DNA of 64,000 nucleotides from the IMG/VR virus record IMGVR_UViG_3300032092_002720, positions 1 through 64,000 of that record; one strand, 5' to 3'. Below are positions 35,173-44,692 of the stretch, in pieces (within the stretch, counting starts at the first letter, position 1; each line of letters starts with the position of its first letter). This stretch comes from a virus. Lineage: Duplodnaviria; Heunggongvirae; Uroviricota; Caudoviricetes. The position numbers and the translations under genes are program-made. The notes under the pieces were generated by a model. It saw only the letters and a program-made list of their open reading frames with translations. It searched no databases and had not been told where the DNA came from.

Positions 35173-36192
35173 ATGCTTTGGATTGAACACAAATACATCA
35201 GCCTTCTCTCAGGTCGCCTCGAGAGATTTCAGCGGGTCAACAACACGGTCTATCGGTTTCGTTGCCCTATCTGCGGCGACTCAAAGAAAGATCGTCGTAA
35301 AACTCGTGGGCATTTGATCGAGAAGGGCGGCAAGGTCCGCTTCTATTGTCACAACTGTAGCGCGAGCATGCAGTTCAAATATTTTATGAAAGAGATCGAT
35401 CCGACTCTCTACCTCGAATACGTCAAAGAACAGATCAAGGAATCTGGTAATCAAAAAGACGTCGAGACTTTCGCAGAGAAGATGAAACCTCCAGTCTTTG
35501 TCAAGACCACCGCTCTGTCAAAGTTAAAGAAGGTAAGTCAGCTCGACCCGAACCATCCTGTCAAGAAGTACGTGGATAGTCGGCAGATCCCTCCTGGCAA
35601 TCACTACAAGCTATTCTATGCTCCAAAATTTGGCGCGTGGGTCAATAGCATGATTCCTGACAAGATCAAGATCGGTGAAGAGGACGAACCACGTCTGATC
35701 ATACCATTCCTTGATAAGGAAAAGAATCTCTTTGGTTTTCAAGGCAGATCGTTCAAGAAAGACGGTGTTCGATATATCACCATCATGCTGGACGATTCGA
35801 AACCAAAAGTATTTGGTATGGATACTATCGATGAGTCCAAAGATATATATCTACTAGAGGGACCGATCGATTCGATGTTCTTGCCAAATGCAATGGCAGC
35901 GGCAGGTGGAGATCTTGCTGCACAAGTCGAACAAACCGGTTTACTTAAAGAGAAAATTGTGGTAGTATTTGATAATGAGCCAAGGCATTCAGATACTATC
36001 AAGAGAATGCAGAAGGCGATTGACGCTGGTTATCGTGTAGTCATATGGCCTTCAGACATCGAGCATAAAGATGTCAATGATATGATCTTAGCTGGCTACA
36101 CGCCAGAATATATTAAGGATGTTTTAGATGAATGCAATTACTCCGGACCAACTGCAAAACTACACTTTGCGATATGGAGAAAAGACCGTTGA
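35173..36192 (+). CDS. 61: DNA primase (T4 gp61-like)
   Basis: N-terminal zinc ribbon CPICGDSKKD...CHNC; TOPRIM-like EGPIDSMF...VVFDNE. Confidence 0.8.
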   Translation: MLWIEHKYISLLSGRLERFQRVNNTVYRFRCPICGDSKKDRRKTRGHLIEKGGKVRFYCHNCSASMQFKYFMKEIDPTLYLEYVKEQIKESGNQKDVETFAEKMKPPVFVKTTALSKLKKVSQLDPNHPVKKYVDSRQIPPGNHYKLFYAPKFGAWVNSMIPDKIKIGEEDEPRLIIPFLDKEKNLFGFQGRSFKKDGVRYITIMLDDSKPKVFGMDTIDESKDIYLLEGPIDSMFLPNAMAAAGGDLAAQVEQTGLLKEKIVVVFDNEPRHSDTIKRMQKAIDAGYRVVIWPSDIEHKDVNDMILAGYTPEYIKDVLDECNYSGPTAKLHFAIWRKDR

Positions 36193-36406
36193 AGCGGTGT
36201 TAGCTCTACCTGAAGAGAAACTTACGTGGGTAGTATATAATGCCAACATGGTGCAAACCGCGGTAACTCTGATTATTTCATTGCGTGGCATGGATTTCTT
36301 CGATGACTACGTGAAGGTTATTTCAAGAGAATGTGGCGATGGCGCTCAAGGTGCATTGTACTTTGATCCTAACATCTTCAATCTAATAGGAAACGGATAT
36401 GACTGA
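36128..36406 (+). CDS. hypothetical protein (start uncertain)
   Basis: Overlaps the primase 3' end; an internal ATG at 36248 is also possible. Confidence 0.25.
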   Translation: MNAITPDQLQNYTLRYGEKTVEAVLALPEEKLTWVVYNANMVQTAVTLIISLRGMDFFDDYVKVISRECGDGAQGALYFDPNIFNLIGNGYD

Positions 36407-36671
36407 GTTAGTAGACAACGAGTTTGGAATCGAGTACGAGCAGATCCCGATCAAGCGACTGCGAATCTTCCGAGTAGGCAAGCAGTGGCTTGTCGAGTAT
36501 CAACGTTATGTTCGTCTTTGGGCGCCGTGGGACCATTTCTGGTGGTACAATGACGGGCAGTACGTAGAGTATTATGATGCTCTTGGCCGAGTCAATGATC
36601 TGAAGGCCAACGGTTACGTGAATATCCCGCGGTTTATGAATGCAAAAACTTTTGAGGTGAATGATGCGTGA
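36399..36671 (+). CDS. hypothetical protein
   Basis: ATGA-coupled. Confidence 0.3.
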   Translation: MTELVDNEFGIEYEQIPIKRLRIFRVGKQWLVEYQRYVRLWAPWDHFWWYNDGQYVEYYDALGRVNDLKANGYVNIPRFMNAKTFEVNDA

Positions 36672-36810
36672 AGTAACATATGAAGATGCTATGGAGTTTC
36701 TTCATCTACTCAAGGAAAATATGCGAGAATGGTCATATGACGACTATGAACCAGAAATTGAATACATCCAAGAAATGCTTTGGCGATATGAAGATATGAG
36801 GAACAGTTAA

Positions 36811-37005
36811 ATGAAAGATGAAATTAAAATGGTGCTTCGGAAACAGTTCCAAGCGAATATTGACAAGCATGCAGTGAACGTGCGTGTTATGATGAATAAC
36901 CCAATGGCTATTCATGAACATACTGATTATATGGGTGCAATTGAACTTGAACTTGGACATATCGCCGAGTACAAAGACAAGTTGGAAGCATTGGAACATA
37001 TTTAA
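36811..37005 (+). CDS. hypothetical protein
   Basis: Ends TAATG into thyX. Confidence 0.3.
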   Translation: MKDEIKMVLRKQFQANIDKHAVNVRVMMNNPMAIHEHTDYMGAIELELGHIAEYKDKLEALEHI

Positions 37006-37703
37006 TGAGTGAAGTAAATCTAGTCGGCATTACCAAGCCGAGTGCATATACAGAATGCACAACCGCAAACGAACTGATTGCATGGGCTGCTCGAGTATCG
37101 AATCCATCAAATCAAAACAACACTGCTACAGCACCTAAGCTTGTTCAGTATCTTATTAAGAACCAACATTGGTCGCCTTTGGAGATGGTCCATGTCTCAA
37201 TGGAAATCAGAACGACAAGAGATATCGCTAGACAAATTCTTAGACATCGTTCTTTCATGTTCCAAGAGTACTCTCAGCGTTACGCCGATCCAACGAAAGA
37301 TCTTGGCTTTGTTAATCGAGAAGCCAGACTTCAAGATAAAACCAATCGTCAAAACTCGATCGAAGCTGATAACAAATTACTACAAGAAAATTGGAATATA
37401 CGACAGGCACGAGTAACAAGCGAAGCCAAGTATGCTTACGAATGGGCTATCGAAAATGGCATCGCCAAGGAACAAGCACGTGTAGTTCTTCCTGAAGGGA
37501 ATACAGAATCGGTTATGATCGTGACTGGCACGCTTCGTTCATGGGTTCACTACTGTCAGTTGCGTATGGATAAGGCAACTCAGAAAGAACATCGTATCAT
37601 TGCCGAACAGTGCTGGGATATTATTGCGCACCATTTCCCTGATGTGAAGAAGGCTCTTGACGATATGGCTGCGCAAGCAGAGTTTGAAAGGAAACTACCA
37701 TGA
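37005..37703 (+). CDS. thyX: Flavin-dependent thymidylate synthase ThyX
   Basis: ThyX signature RHRSFMFQEYSQRY (RHRxxxxxS). Confidence 0.85.
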   Translation: MSEVNLVGITKPSAYTECTTANELIAWAARVSNPSNQNNTATAPKLVQYLIKNQHWSPLEMVHVSMEIRTTRDIARQILRHRSFMFQEYSQRYADPTKDLGFVNREARLQDKTNRQNSIEADNKLLQENWNIRQARVTSEAKYAYEWAIENGIAKEQARVVLPEGNTESVMIVTGTLRSWVHYCQLRMDKATQKEHRIIAEQCWDIIAHHFPDVKKALDDMAAQAEFERKLP

Positions 37704-37800
37704 TTAATTGGCTAGTATACAATAAAAATGATATCGTCGTTGCAGACGTTGAGTCTGAAGAAGAAGCTCTCGAGGTTGTACAAGATCTTACAGAAGATCC

Positions 37801-38019
37801 GTGGTGGAAAGACGAAGCACCTTATCGAATAGAGATGTTACCATGAGTCATAGCAGTGTAGTAAAAGAAACTGAAGACGGCGAATTGTATATAGAATTAT
37901 CAGATGAACTCATGGAAGCTATGGGTTGGGATATAGATACTGAACTAGTATGGACCGTTTATGACGACGGTAAGATTGGATTAAGGAAAAGAACGGATGA
38001 TTCAAGTAACGAAGCGTGA
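37801..38019 (+). CDS. hypothetical protein
   Basis: Overlaps the nrdA start. Confidence 0.25.
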   Translation: MVERRSTLSNRDVTMSHSSVVKETEDGELYIELSDELMEAMGWDIDTELVWTVYDDGKIGLRKRTDDSSNEA

Positions 38020-40267
38020 TGGAACGCGCGAACCCCTCGATATTAATAAGTTCCACAAAGTTGCGCTACATGCATGTGAAGGTCTATCTGGCGTTTCTGT
38101 ATCTGATCTCGAAATCAAGACACATATTCAATTTTATGATAAGATCAAGTCAACTGATATTCAAGAGACGCTGATCAAGGCTGCAGCCGAACTCATTACA
38201 GAAGAATCACCGAACTATCAGTATGTTGCTGGTCGTCTGATCAACTATAACCTTCGTAAGGAAGTTTATGGTCAGTACGAACCTCCTCACCTTTTCGGTC
38301 ATTATGGTCGAGTAGTACTAGAAGGGTATTATGATAATGCTCTGGCTTCTGCATACTCGCAAGAAGAGTGGATTCAACTAGCTGATTATATCGACCACGA
38401 TCGTGATAACCTACTGACCTATGCTGCCATGGAACAATTCCGTGGAAAGTATCTGATCCGTAATCGTGTGACGAATAAGTTCTACGAAACACCGCAAATG
38501 GCATTCATGTTGATTGCCATGACACTCTTTCAGAATTACAAAAAGAATCGAATTAAATGGGTAAAGGAACTTTACGATGCTATCAGTACATTTGACATTA
38601 GTCTTCCTACTCCTATTATGGCAGGAGTGCGGTCACCTCAACGTCAGTTTAGTTCGTGCGTACTTATCGAAACTGACGACTCGCTGGATTCCATAAATGC
38701 AACAGCCTCAGCAATTGTCAAGTATGTTTCTCAGAAAGCTGGTATTGGTATTGGCGGCGGTCGTATTAGGGCTGTTGGATCTCCTATACGCAACGGTGAT
38801 GCTTCTCACACTGGTACTATTCCTTTTTATAAGCATTTCCAGTCAGCTGTTAAATCTTGTAGCCAAGGCGGTGTCCGTGGTGGAGCAGCGACTCTCTATT
38901 ACCCCCTTTGGCATTACGAAGTGGAGGATCTTCTTGTCCTAAAGAACAACAAGGGCACCGAAGACAATCGAATCCGTCATCTCGATTATGGCGTACAATT
39001 TAATAAGGTAATGTATGAAAGACTTCTTTCTGGAGGTAATATCACCCTCTTCTCACCTAGTGATGTCCCGGATCTCTACGAAGCGTTTTACAACAACGTT
39101 GATGCCTTTAGAGAACTCTACGAAAAGTACGAACGTAGTAAGGTTAGAAAGAAAACCGTCCCTGCGATTGATCTCTTCTCAGCCTTCGTCACCGAACGAA
39201 AAGACACAGGACGAATCTATCTGATGAACGTCGACCATGCCAACGAGCATGGTTCGTTCGATCAAAAAGTGGCGCCGATTAAGATGTCGAATTTGTGCTG
39301 TGAGATTACATTACCAACAACACCACTAAAGGATATTCATGATGAAACAGGCGAGATTAGCCTATGCACGCTTGCAGCGATCAATTGGGGAAAGATTAGA
39401 AAGCCAGCTGATTTCGAAAAGCCATGCACCATTGCAGTACGCGCTTTGGATGCCCTACTGGATTATCAGGACTATCCTGTTCGAGCCGCTGCTATTGGTA
39501 CTCGGAATCGTAGGCCTCTTGGTATTGGTATCATTAACTTTGCTTATTGGTTGGCTCGTAATGACACTAATTACTCTGATCCTAACCTTGAGCTTGTTCA
39601 TGAGTATGCTGAAGCATGGAGTTATTACCTTATTAAAGCCTCGGTCGACTTGGCTGAAGAAGTAGGTCAATGTCCGCTGTCAGTAGATACTAAGTATGGT
39701 ATGGGTCTCATGCCTATCAATACGTATAAGAAGGACGTCGACGAATTAGTTGCTCCAAATTATAAAATGGATTGGCCAGATCTTAAATCGAGAGCTGTTC
39801 TTCATGGCATTCGTAACTCGACTCTGATGGCTCTGATGCCTGCCGAGACTTCTGCTCAGATCAGCAACTCGACTAATGGCATTGAACCACCTCGCGCACT
39901 GATCTCGATCAAGCAATCGAAGGACGGCGTACTGAAGCAGGTTGTTCCAGAGCTAAGACGACTCAAGAATAAATACGAATTACTATGGGATCAAAAGTCT
40001 CCAGAAGGTTATCTGAAGATTATGGCAGTCCTACAGAAGTTTATCGATCAGGCAATCTCGGTCAATACTTCTTATAATCCTCGCCACTATGAGGACGAGA
40101 AGATCCCGATGTCTGAGATGATTAAACATATTTTGATGCACTACAAGTATGGCGGTAAGACGCTTTACTATTTCAACACCTTCGATGGTGCTGGTGAGAT
40201 TGAAGAACCTAAACCACTAGCACAAGGGCAACTAGATGATGAGGATTGTGACTCTTGTAAAATCTAA
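37997..40267 (+). CDS. nrdA: Ribonucleotide reductase class I alpha subunit NrdA
   Basis: N-terminal ATP cone (VTKRDGTREPLDINKF); active-site NLCCEI; C-terminal CxxC tail (EDCDSCKI). Confidence 0.9.
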   Translation: MIQVTKRDGTREPLDINKFHKVALHACEGLSGVSVSDLEIKTHIQFYDKIKSTDIQETLIKAAAELITEESPNYQYVAGRLINYNLRKEVYGQYEPPHLFGHYGRVVLEGYYDNALASAYSQEEWIQLADYIDHDRDNLLTYAAMEQFRGKYLIRNRVTNKFYETPQMAFMLIAMTLFQNYKKNRIKWVKELYDAISTFDISLPTPIMAGVRSPQRQFSSCVLIETDDSLDSINATASAIVKYVSQKAGIGIGGGRIRAVGSPIRNGDASHTGTIPFYKHFQSAVKSCSQGGVRGGAATLYYPLWHYEVEDLLVLKNNKGTEDNRIRHLDYGVQFNKVMYERLLSGGNITLFSPSDVPDLYEAFYNNVDAFRELYEKYERSKVRKKTVPAIDLFSAFVTERKDTGRIYLMNVDHANEHGSFDQKVAPIKMSNLCCEITLPTTPLKDIHDETGEISLCTLAAINWGKIRKPADFEKPCTIAVRALDALLDYQDYPVRAAAIGTRNRRPLGIGIINFAYWLARNDTNYSDPNLELVHEYAEAWSYYLIKASVDLAEEVGQCPLSVDTKYGMGLMPINTYKKDVDELVAPNYKMDWPDLKSRAVLHGIRNSTLMALMPAETSAQISNSTNGIEPPRALISIKQSKDGVLKQVVPELRRLKNKYELLWDQKSPEGYLKIMAVLQKFIDQAISVNTSYNPRHYEDEKIPMSEMIKHILMHYKYGGKTLYYFNTFDGAGEIEEPKPLAQGQLDDEDCDSCKI

Positions 40268-40425
40268 CAGGAGTATTACATGGCAAGAAAAGCGCCGTCG
40301 TCAACAGCTACGATACACGTTCCAATCGTAACGGGAACTTCACAAGACACACGTCGTCCGAAGCTCTCATCGATGAATAAGCATAAGAAGAGAAACTTCA
40401 AGGCATACCGTGGACAAGGAAGATA

Positions 40426-40614
40426 ATGCAGTATATTAAAATTGATAGTGACATGTGGTCCGATGCGGGCAAAGTTTGGTTTGTACATGAATATACGACA
40501 CGTGAAAATAGTACCGGCGTAACTCTTACGATTGAAGATACCACAAACGGTGAAATTCAAACACGCGTTGTTCCACAAAACCAAATTCAATGGCTTGAAG
40601 CGAAGGACTGGTAA
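40426..40614 (+). CDS. hypothetical protein
   Basis: Small ORF between nrdA and nrdB. Confidence 0.25.
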   Translation: MQYIKIDSDMWSDAGKVWFVHEYTTRENSTGVTLTIEDTTNGEIQTRVVPQNQIQWLEAKDW

Positions 40615-41159
40615 TGCTCTATACGGGATCGGGGAATATACCTCATCACATTTATTGTTGGGTAGATTCTTCGTTCATTCGTAAGAATGCTAAGCCATAT
40701 ACTTTCGAGCCATGTATCTGGTTTGCTCTTCATGCCAAAGCTGGACATTCTTGGGGATGTCATATCATGCTCGAGTGTGGAGCAGTTTGGCGCGGAGTTC
40801 CTCCTCATGCATTGGCATTCTCTCCGGATCCAGAACCAGTTTGGCATCTCGAAGACACGCAAGTGTGGGATTGCTACGGCGATCAGTTTTCAGTGTTGAT
40901 ATATAACTATCTGCACAGCCAACAAGCTGAGATTCGAAAGAGCGGTCTTTTTGGCCGTTATCTTTTCACAGTCGTTCCGATGAATGATGGATATACACAA
41001 CATCCTTCGCAGTCAAAAGAATTCATGTTCATTGAATTGGATAATGGTAGATTGACTATCATGCCGACAAACGAACTTCGATTCCATGATAAATCATATA
41101 CCGAAGGCGATTGGCCTAAGGATCTTAAATTAAATACCAGCACCTGGAGAGTTGAATGA
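40614..41159 (+). CDS. hypothetical 181-aa protein inserted between nrdA and nrdB
   Basis: ATGA coupling on both sides; Trp/His-rich; no nuclease motif seen. Confidence 0.35.
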   Translation: MLYTGSGNIPHHIYCWVDSSFIRKNAKPYTFEPCIWFALHAKAGHSWGCHIMLECGAVWRGVPPHALAFSPDPEPVWHLEDTQVWDCYGDQFSVLIYNYLHSQQAEIRKSGLFGRYLFTVVPMNDGYTQHPSQSKEFMFIELDNGRLTIMPTNELRFHDKSYTEGDWPKDLKLNTSTWRVE

Positions 41160-42256
41160 CAGTTTTTTCAAACGAAATGTTTGATGCTACAGAACAAACT
41201 TGCTTCTTTGGCAAGTCGGTGAATATTGCTCGTTATGATAAGCAACGTTACAATACGTTTGAAAAGTTAACCGAGAAACAACTTGGTTTCTTCTGGCGTC
41301 CCGAAGAAGTCGATCTGTCTCGCGATGGTAAAGATTTTAAGGCACTCAACGACCATGAAAAACATATTTTTACGAGCAATCTCAAGCGTCAGATCCTCCT
41401 TGATTCTGTACAGGGCAGAGCTCCATCTTTGGCTTTTCTTCCAGTATGTTCGCTTCCTGAGCTGGAAACCTGGATCCAAACTTGGGCGTTTAGCGAGACG
41501 ATTCATTCCCGTTCCTATACTCATATCATTCGCAACGTCTATTCTGATCCTTCCAGAGTTTTTGACGAGATGCTGGACATCCAAGAAATAGCCGACTGCG
41601 CAGCTGATATCAGTAAGTACTACGATGATTTGATTGAAATGAACAATCTAAATTCCATCGATCCTTACTGGGTTGGTGATAGGCAAGCTGTTGATCCATA
41701 TCAACACAAGAAGGCTCTATGGCTTTGTCTAAATGCTGTTAACGCTCTCGAAGGAGTAAGATTCTATGTCTCGTTCGCATGTAGCTGGGCTTTTGCGGAA
41801 GTTAAGAAGATGGAGGGCAATGCCAAGATCATTAAGCTCATCGCGCGGGACGAGAACGTTCACCTTGCCTCGACTCAACAGCTCCTCAAAATTCTACCAA
41901 AAGAGGATGAGGACTTTGCTCGCATACAAGAAGAAACACGAGATGAATGCATCAGCATGTTTTACCGAGTGGTCGAGCAAGAGAAAAGCTGGGCACATTA
42001 CCTTTTCAAGGAAGGGTCGATGATCGGACTCAACGAGCAGTTGCTCTGTGAATATGTCGATCACATTGCTGCTAAACGTATGGGTGCTATCGGCTTGAAT
42101 GGAAAGCCAGGAGCGAATCCTTTGCCATGGACACAGAAGTGGATTTCAGGTTCTGACGTGCAAGTTGCTCCACAAGAAACAGAAATTACTAGCTATGTAA
42201 TCGGCGGCGTGAAGAAAGACGTCGACGAAAATACTTTTAAAGGATTTACTTTATAA
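41156..42256 (+). CDS. nrdB: Ribonucleotide reductase class I beta subunit NrdB
   Basis: FFWRPEEVDLSRD, the iron-ligand region WAFSETIHSRSYTHII, and a C-terminal aromatic tail. Confidence 0.9.
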   Translation: MTVFSNEMFDATEQTCFFGKSVNIARYDKQRYNTFEKLTEKQLGFFWRPEEVDLSRDGKDFKALNDHEKHIFTSNLKRQILLDSVQGRAPSLAFLPVCSLPELETWIQTWAFSETIHSRSYTHIIRNVYSDPSRVFDEMLDIQEIADCAADISKYYDDLIEMNNLNSIDPYWVGDRQAVDPYQHKKALWLCLNAVNALEGVRFYVSFACSWAFAEVKKMEGNAKIIKLIARDENVHLASTQQLLKILPKEDEDFARIQEETRDECISMFYRVVEQEKSWAHYLFKEGSMIGLNEQLLCEYVDHIAAKRMGAIGLNGKPGANPLPWTQKWISGSDVQVAPQETEITSYVIGGVKKDVDENTFKGFTL

Positions 42257-42591
42257 TGTGTACAGTATCTAATATCGGTGATGGTTATCGGGACAACTTT
42301 CCTCCTCGTTGGCCAAACATTGTTTGGCCAGCACAGCCAACAGGTGTTCCATATCCGTCACAACCAGGCATACCCGGACAACCTTTTGTTATCAATACTT
42401 CCGAAGTTACAAGAGAAGAGTTCAACGCGCTGAAGAAAGAGGTTGAGGAACTTAAGCAACTGCTAAAAGCTGCTAAGAAGTTCGACGAAGAAACAGGTCA
42501 GCCTGATTGCCACATGGATGACAAAGTAGATTTCATTAAGAAGCTAGCAGAATATGTTGGCGTTGATTTAGAAGACATCTTTAAAAAATAA
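42256..42591 (+). CDS. hypothetical protein
   Basis: TAATG overlap with nrdB. Confidence 0.3.
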   Translation: MCTVSNIGDGYRDNFPPRWPNIVWPAQPTGVPYPSQPGIPGQPFVINTSEVTREEFNALKKEVEELKQLLKAAKKFDEETGQPDCHMDDKVDFIKKLAEYVGVDLEDIFKK

Positions 42592-42602
42592 GAGGAACTA
42601 AG

Positions 42603-42740
42603 ATGGATTGGATAACCTGCCCGTCATGCGACGAGGAATTTAAAATAATCACAGAAAATACCGCTCTTCCAGAATACTGTCCATACTGTTCTGCAGAGCT
42701 TGATCTTGAAGATCCATTCGAAGAAGAATATGACGAATAA
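42603..42740 (+). CDS. zinc-ribbon micro-protein (45 aa)
   Basis: Not in the ORF table. CPSCDEE...CPYCSAE (two CxxC pairs); AGGAACTAAGATG SD. Confidence 0.3.
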   Translation: MDWITCPSCDEEFKIITENTALPEYCPYCSAELDLEDPFEEEYDE

Positions 42741-42772
42741 ATAGATCTTTCCTCATCTACCGGATTTGATCT

Positions 42773-43195
42773 ATGAGTTGGTTATACGAAGACAAAGAAT
42801 TTACTGATGTTGAAGATTATTATGGCTTCATATATCTCATTGAAAACATGGCAAACGGCAAGAAATATATAGGCCGTAAATTTCTGACCAAAGCCGGATA
42901 TAAAACTGTCAAAGGCAAACGAAAGAAGATTCGTGTAGAGTCCGATTGGCGAGACTACTATGGATCTTCGAATTCCCTGAAAGAAGATATCGATCTCTAC
43001 GGAAAAGACAACTTTCGTAGAACAATATTACGACTTTGTAAGAGTCGTGGAGAATGTAATTACTTCGAAACGAAATATATATTTGATAACGACGCTATCT
43101 TAGATCCTAAATATTATAATAGTTGGGTGTCGTGTAAAATTCAAGCAAGCCACGTGAAGGCTTTACTTTTCAACCCCGAACAGGAGAATTTATGA
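42773..43195 (+). CDS. GIY-YIG endonuclease-domain protein (Seg-like)
   Basis: YGFIYLIENMANGKKYIGRK matches GIY-(x10)-YIG, with downstream R and E in the expected register. Confidence 0.5.
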   Translation: MSWLYEDKEFTDVEDYYGFIYLIENMANGKKYIGRKFLTKAGYKTVKGKRKKIRVESDWRDYYGSSNSLKEDIDLYGKDNFRRTILRLCKSRGECNYFETKYIFDNDAILDPKYYNSWVSCKIQASHVKALLFNPEQENL

Positions 43196-43196
43196 G

Positions 43197-43586
43197 GTGG
43201 GTAAGGTACTAGAACACAAGCATTTGATTGTAAGAGCAGAGCTGAATAATCCTCCACAATGTACATCGGCGATCGATGAGTGGATGAAAAAGCTGGTCAA
43301 TCAGATTGATATGAAAATTTTAATGGGACCATATACAGTTTATTCTGATATGGTTGGTAATCGTGGATTGACTGCCGTGACTATCATCGAAACTAGTCAT
43401 ATTGCTCTACATGTTTGGGACGAATGCGAGCCTGCTATGGCTCAACTGGATGTTTATACGTGCAGCACTTTAAATATTCAAGATGTGTTCGATGCCATCA
43501 CTGAATGGGATCCTACAAAAGTTGAGTATAAGTATATAGACCGAGAAAACGGGTTGACATTAATTGAGAAAAATGAGGTGTTATAA
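43197..43586 (+). CDS. speD: S-adenosylmethionine decarboxylase proenzyme (small, pyruvoyl-type)
   Basis: IIETSHIALHVWDE matches the self-cleavage/active-site motif (E-S cleavage, ...SHIxxHTWPE). GTG start after an AGGAG SD. Confidence 0.6.
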   Translation: MGKVLEHKHLIVRAELNNPPQCTSAIDEWMKKLVNQIDMKILMGPYTVYSDMVGNRGLTAVTIIETSHIALHVWDECEPAMAQLDVYTCSTLNIQDVFDAITEWDPTKVEYKYIDRENGLTLIEKNEVL

Positions 43587-43855
43587 TGGGTAAAAAGAGA
43601 ACGCGTAAGACGGTAGTATCGAAAGGCCAGCGTCGTAATATCGTTGCTGGTGTGAAAGAAGTTCGTCAAGACCGCGGTGAAGGCGAAAAAGCCTACAACA
43701 AACTAAAGGCGTGGCGCAAAGGTCAGAATCCATGGATTACTGTTCCTGGCACACAAACTAACAAGCGCTTTATCAAAGTCCGTGCTAATGCAGTATACGG
43801 AGATCCAAAGCGTGCATCATACGGAATTTATGGAAAGCCAAGCACAAATGAGTAG
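43586..43855 (+). CDS. hypothetical basic protein
   Basis: ATGG-coupled. Confidence 0.3.
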   Translation: MGKKRTRKTVVSKGQRRNIVAGVKEVRQDRGEGEKAYNKLKAWRKGQNPWITVPGTQTNKRFIKVRANAVYGDPKRASYGIYGKPSTNE

Positions 43856-44102
43856 AAACATTCTAATCTATACCAAAGATAACTGTCCTTTTTGCGTACA
43901 AGCGAAAAACTTGTTTACAAATAAAGGAGAACAGTATATAGAGAAGAAGATAGGAAAAGATCTTACACGCGAAGAGTTTATGGAAAGCTTTCCCGATGTA
44001 AGAACGGTTCCTTTCATTATAATTGACACAGAAAAGGTAGGTGGTTATGACAAACTCGTTGAATGGTACGACAGACCAGAACGATCGTTCTTGGCAGAAT
44101 GA
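43848..44102 (+). CDS. nrdC: Glutaredoxin (NrdC-like)
   Basis: CPFC active site (ILIYTKDNCPFCVQAK) and TVPFIII. The ATG at 43848 is preferred over the longer upstream extension. Confidence 0.7.
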   Translation: MSRNILIYTKDNCPFCVQAKNLFTNKGEQYIEKKIGKDLTREEFMESFPDVRTVPFIIIDTEKVGGYDKLVEWYDRPERSFLAE

Positions 44103-44352
44103 ATATTTAAAGGGCGTTCTCCAAACTGGAATCGCAAATGTAACCTTCGTAAAGAAGGACGGAACACAACGAAATCTTCTATGCACTCTGTTACCGAGCG
44201 AATTGCCGGCACAGACTGATCTTGAAGAAGCCGTACAGAAGAAGACTCCAAATCCTGAAGTGCTCGCTGTATGGGATCTTGAAAATAAAGGTTGGCGTTC
44301 GTTCCGCTACGACTCGGTTCTCGGCTTTAATGTACTGTCGCTAGACGCATGA
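44047..44352 (+). CDS. hypothetical protein
   Basis: Start uncertain; overlaps the glutaredoxin 3' end. Confidence 0.3.
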   Translation: MTNSLNGTTDQNDRSWQNEYLKGVLQTGIANVTFVKKDGTQRNLLCTLLPSELPAQTDLEEAVQKKTPNPEVLAVWDLENKGWRSFRYDSVLGFNVLSLDA

Positions 44353-44690
44353 TCTACATGGTAGACATTGATCAGACCATCTGTAAAACACCATATACAG
44401 ATGGTCAACATCGCTATGGATTGGCAACTCCATTTAAGCATCGTATCGAGAAGATAAATAAACTATACGATCAGGGCAATACCATCATCTATTGGACAGC
44501 CCGTGGTTCAGGATCTGGAATCGACTGGACCGAACTTACTACAAAACAACTAAAAGATTGGGGATGCAAGTTCCACGAAGTCCGTCTCGGAAAGCCATCA
44601 TACGACGTTTGGATCGATGATAAAGCAATTGGAGATGGGTTCTTCTTTTACGATGAAGATATGGAATTGCTGAACGCTACTAAGGAATAA
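44349..44690 (+). CDS. Minimal HAD-superfamily phosphatase (possible heptose bisphosphate phosphatase role)
   Basis: Motif I VDIDQTIC, motif II WTARG, motif III GKP, motif IV IDDK. ATGA overlap. Confidence 0.5.
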   Translation: MIYMVDIDQTICKTPYTDGQHRYGLATPFKHRIEKINKLYDQGNTIIYWTARGSGSGIDWTELTTKQLKDWGCKFHEVRLGKPSYDVWIDDKAIGDGFFFYDEDMELLNATKE

Positions 44691-44692
44691 TA

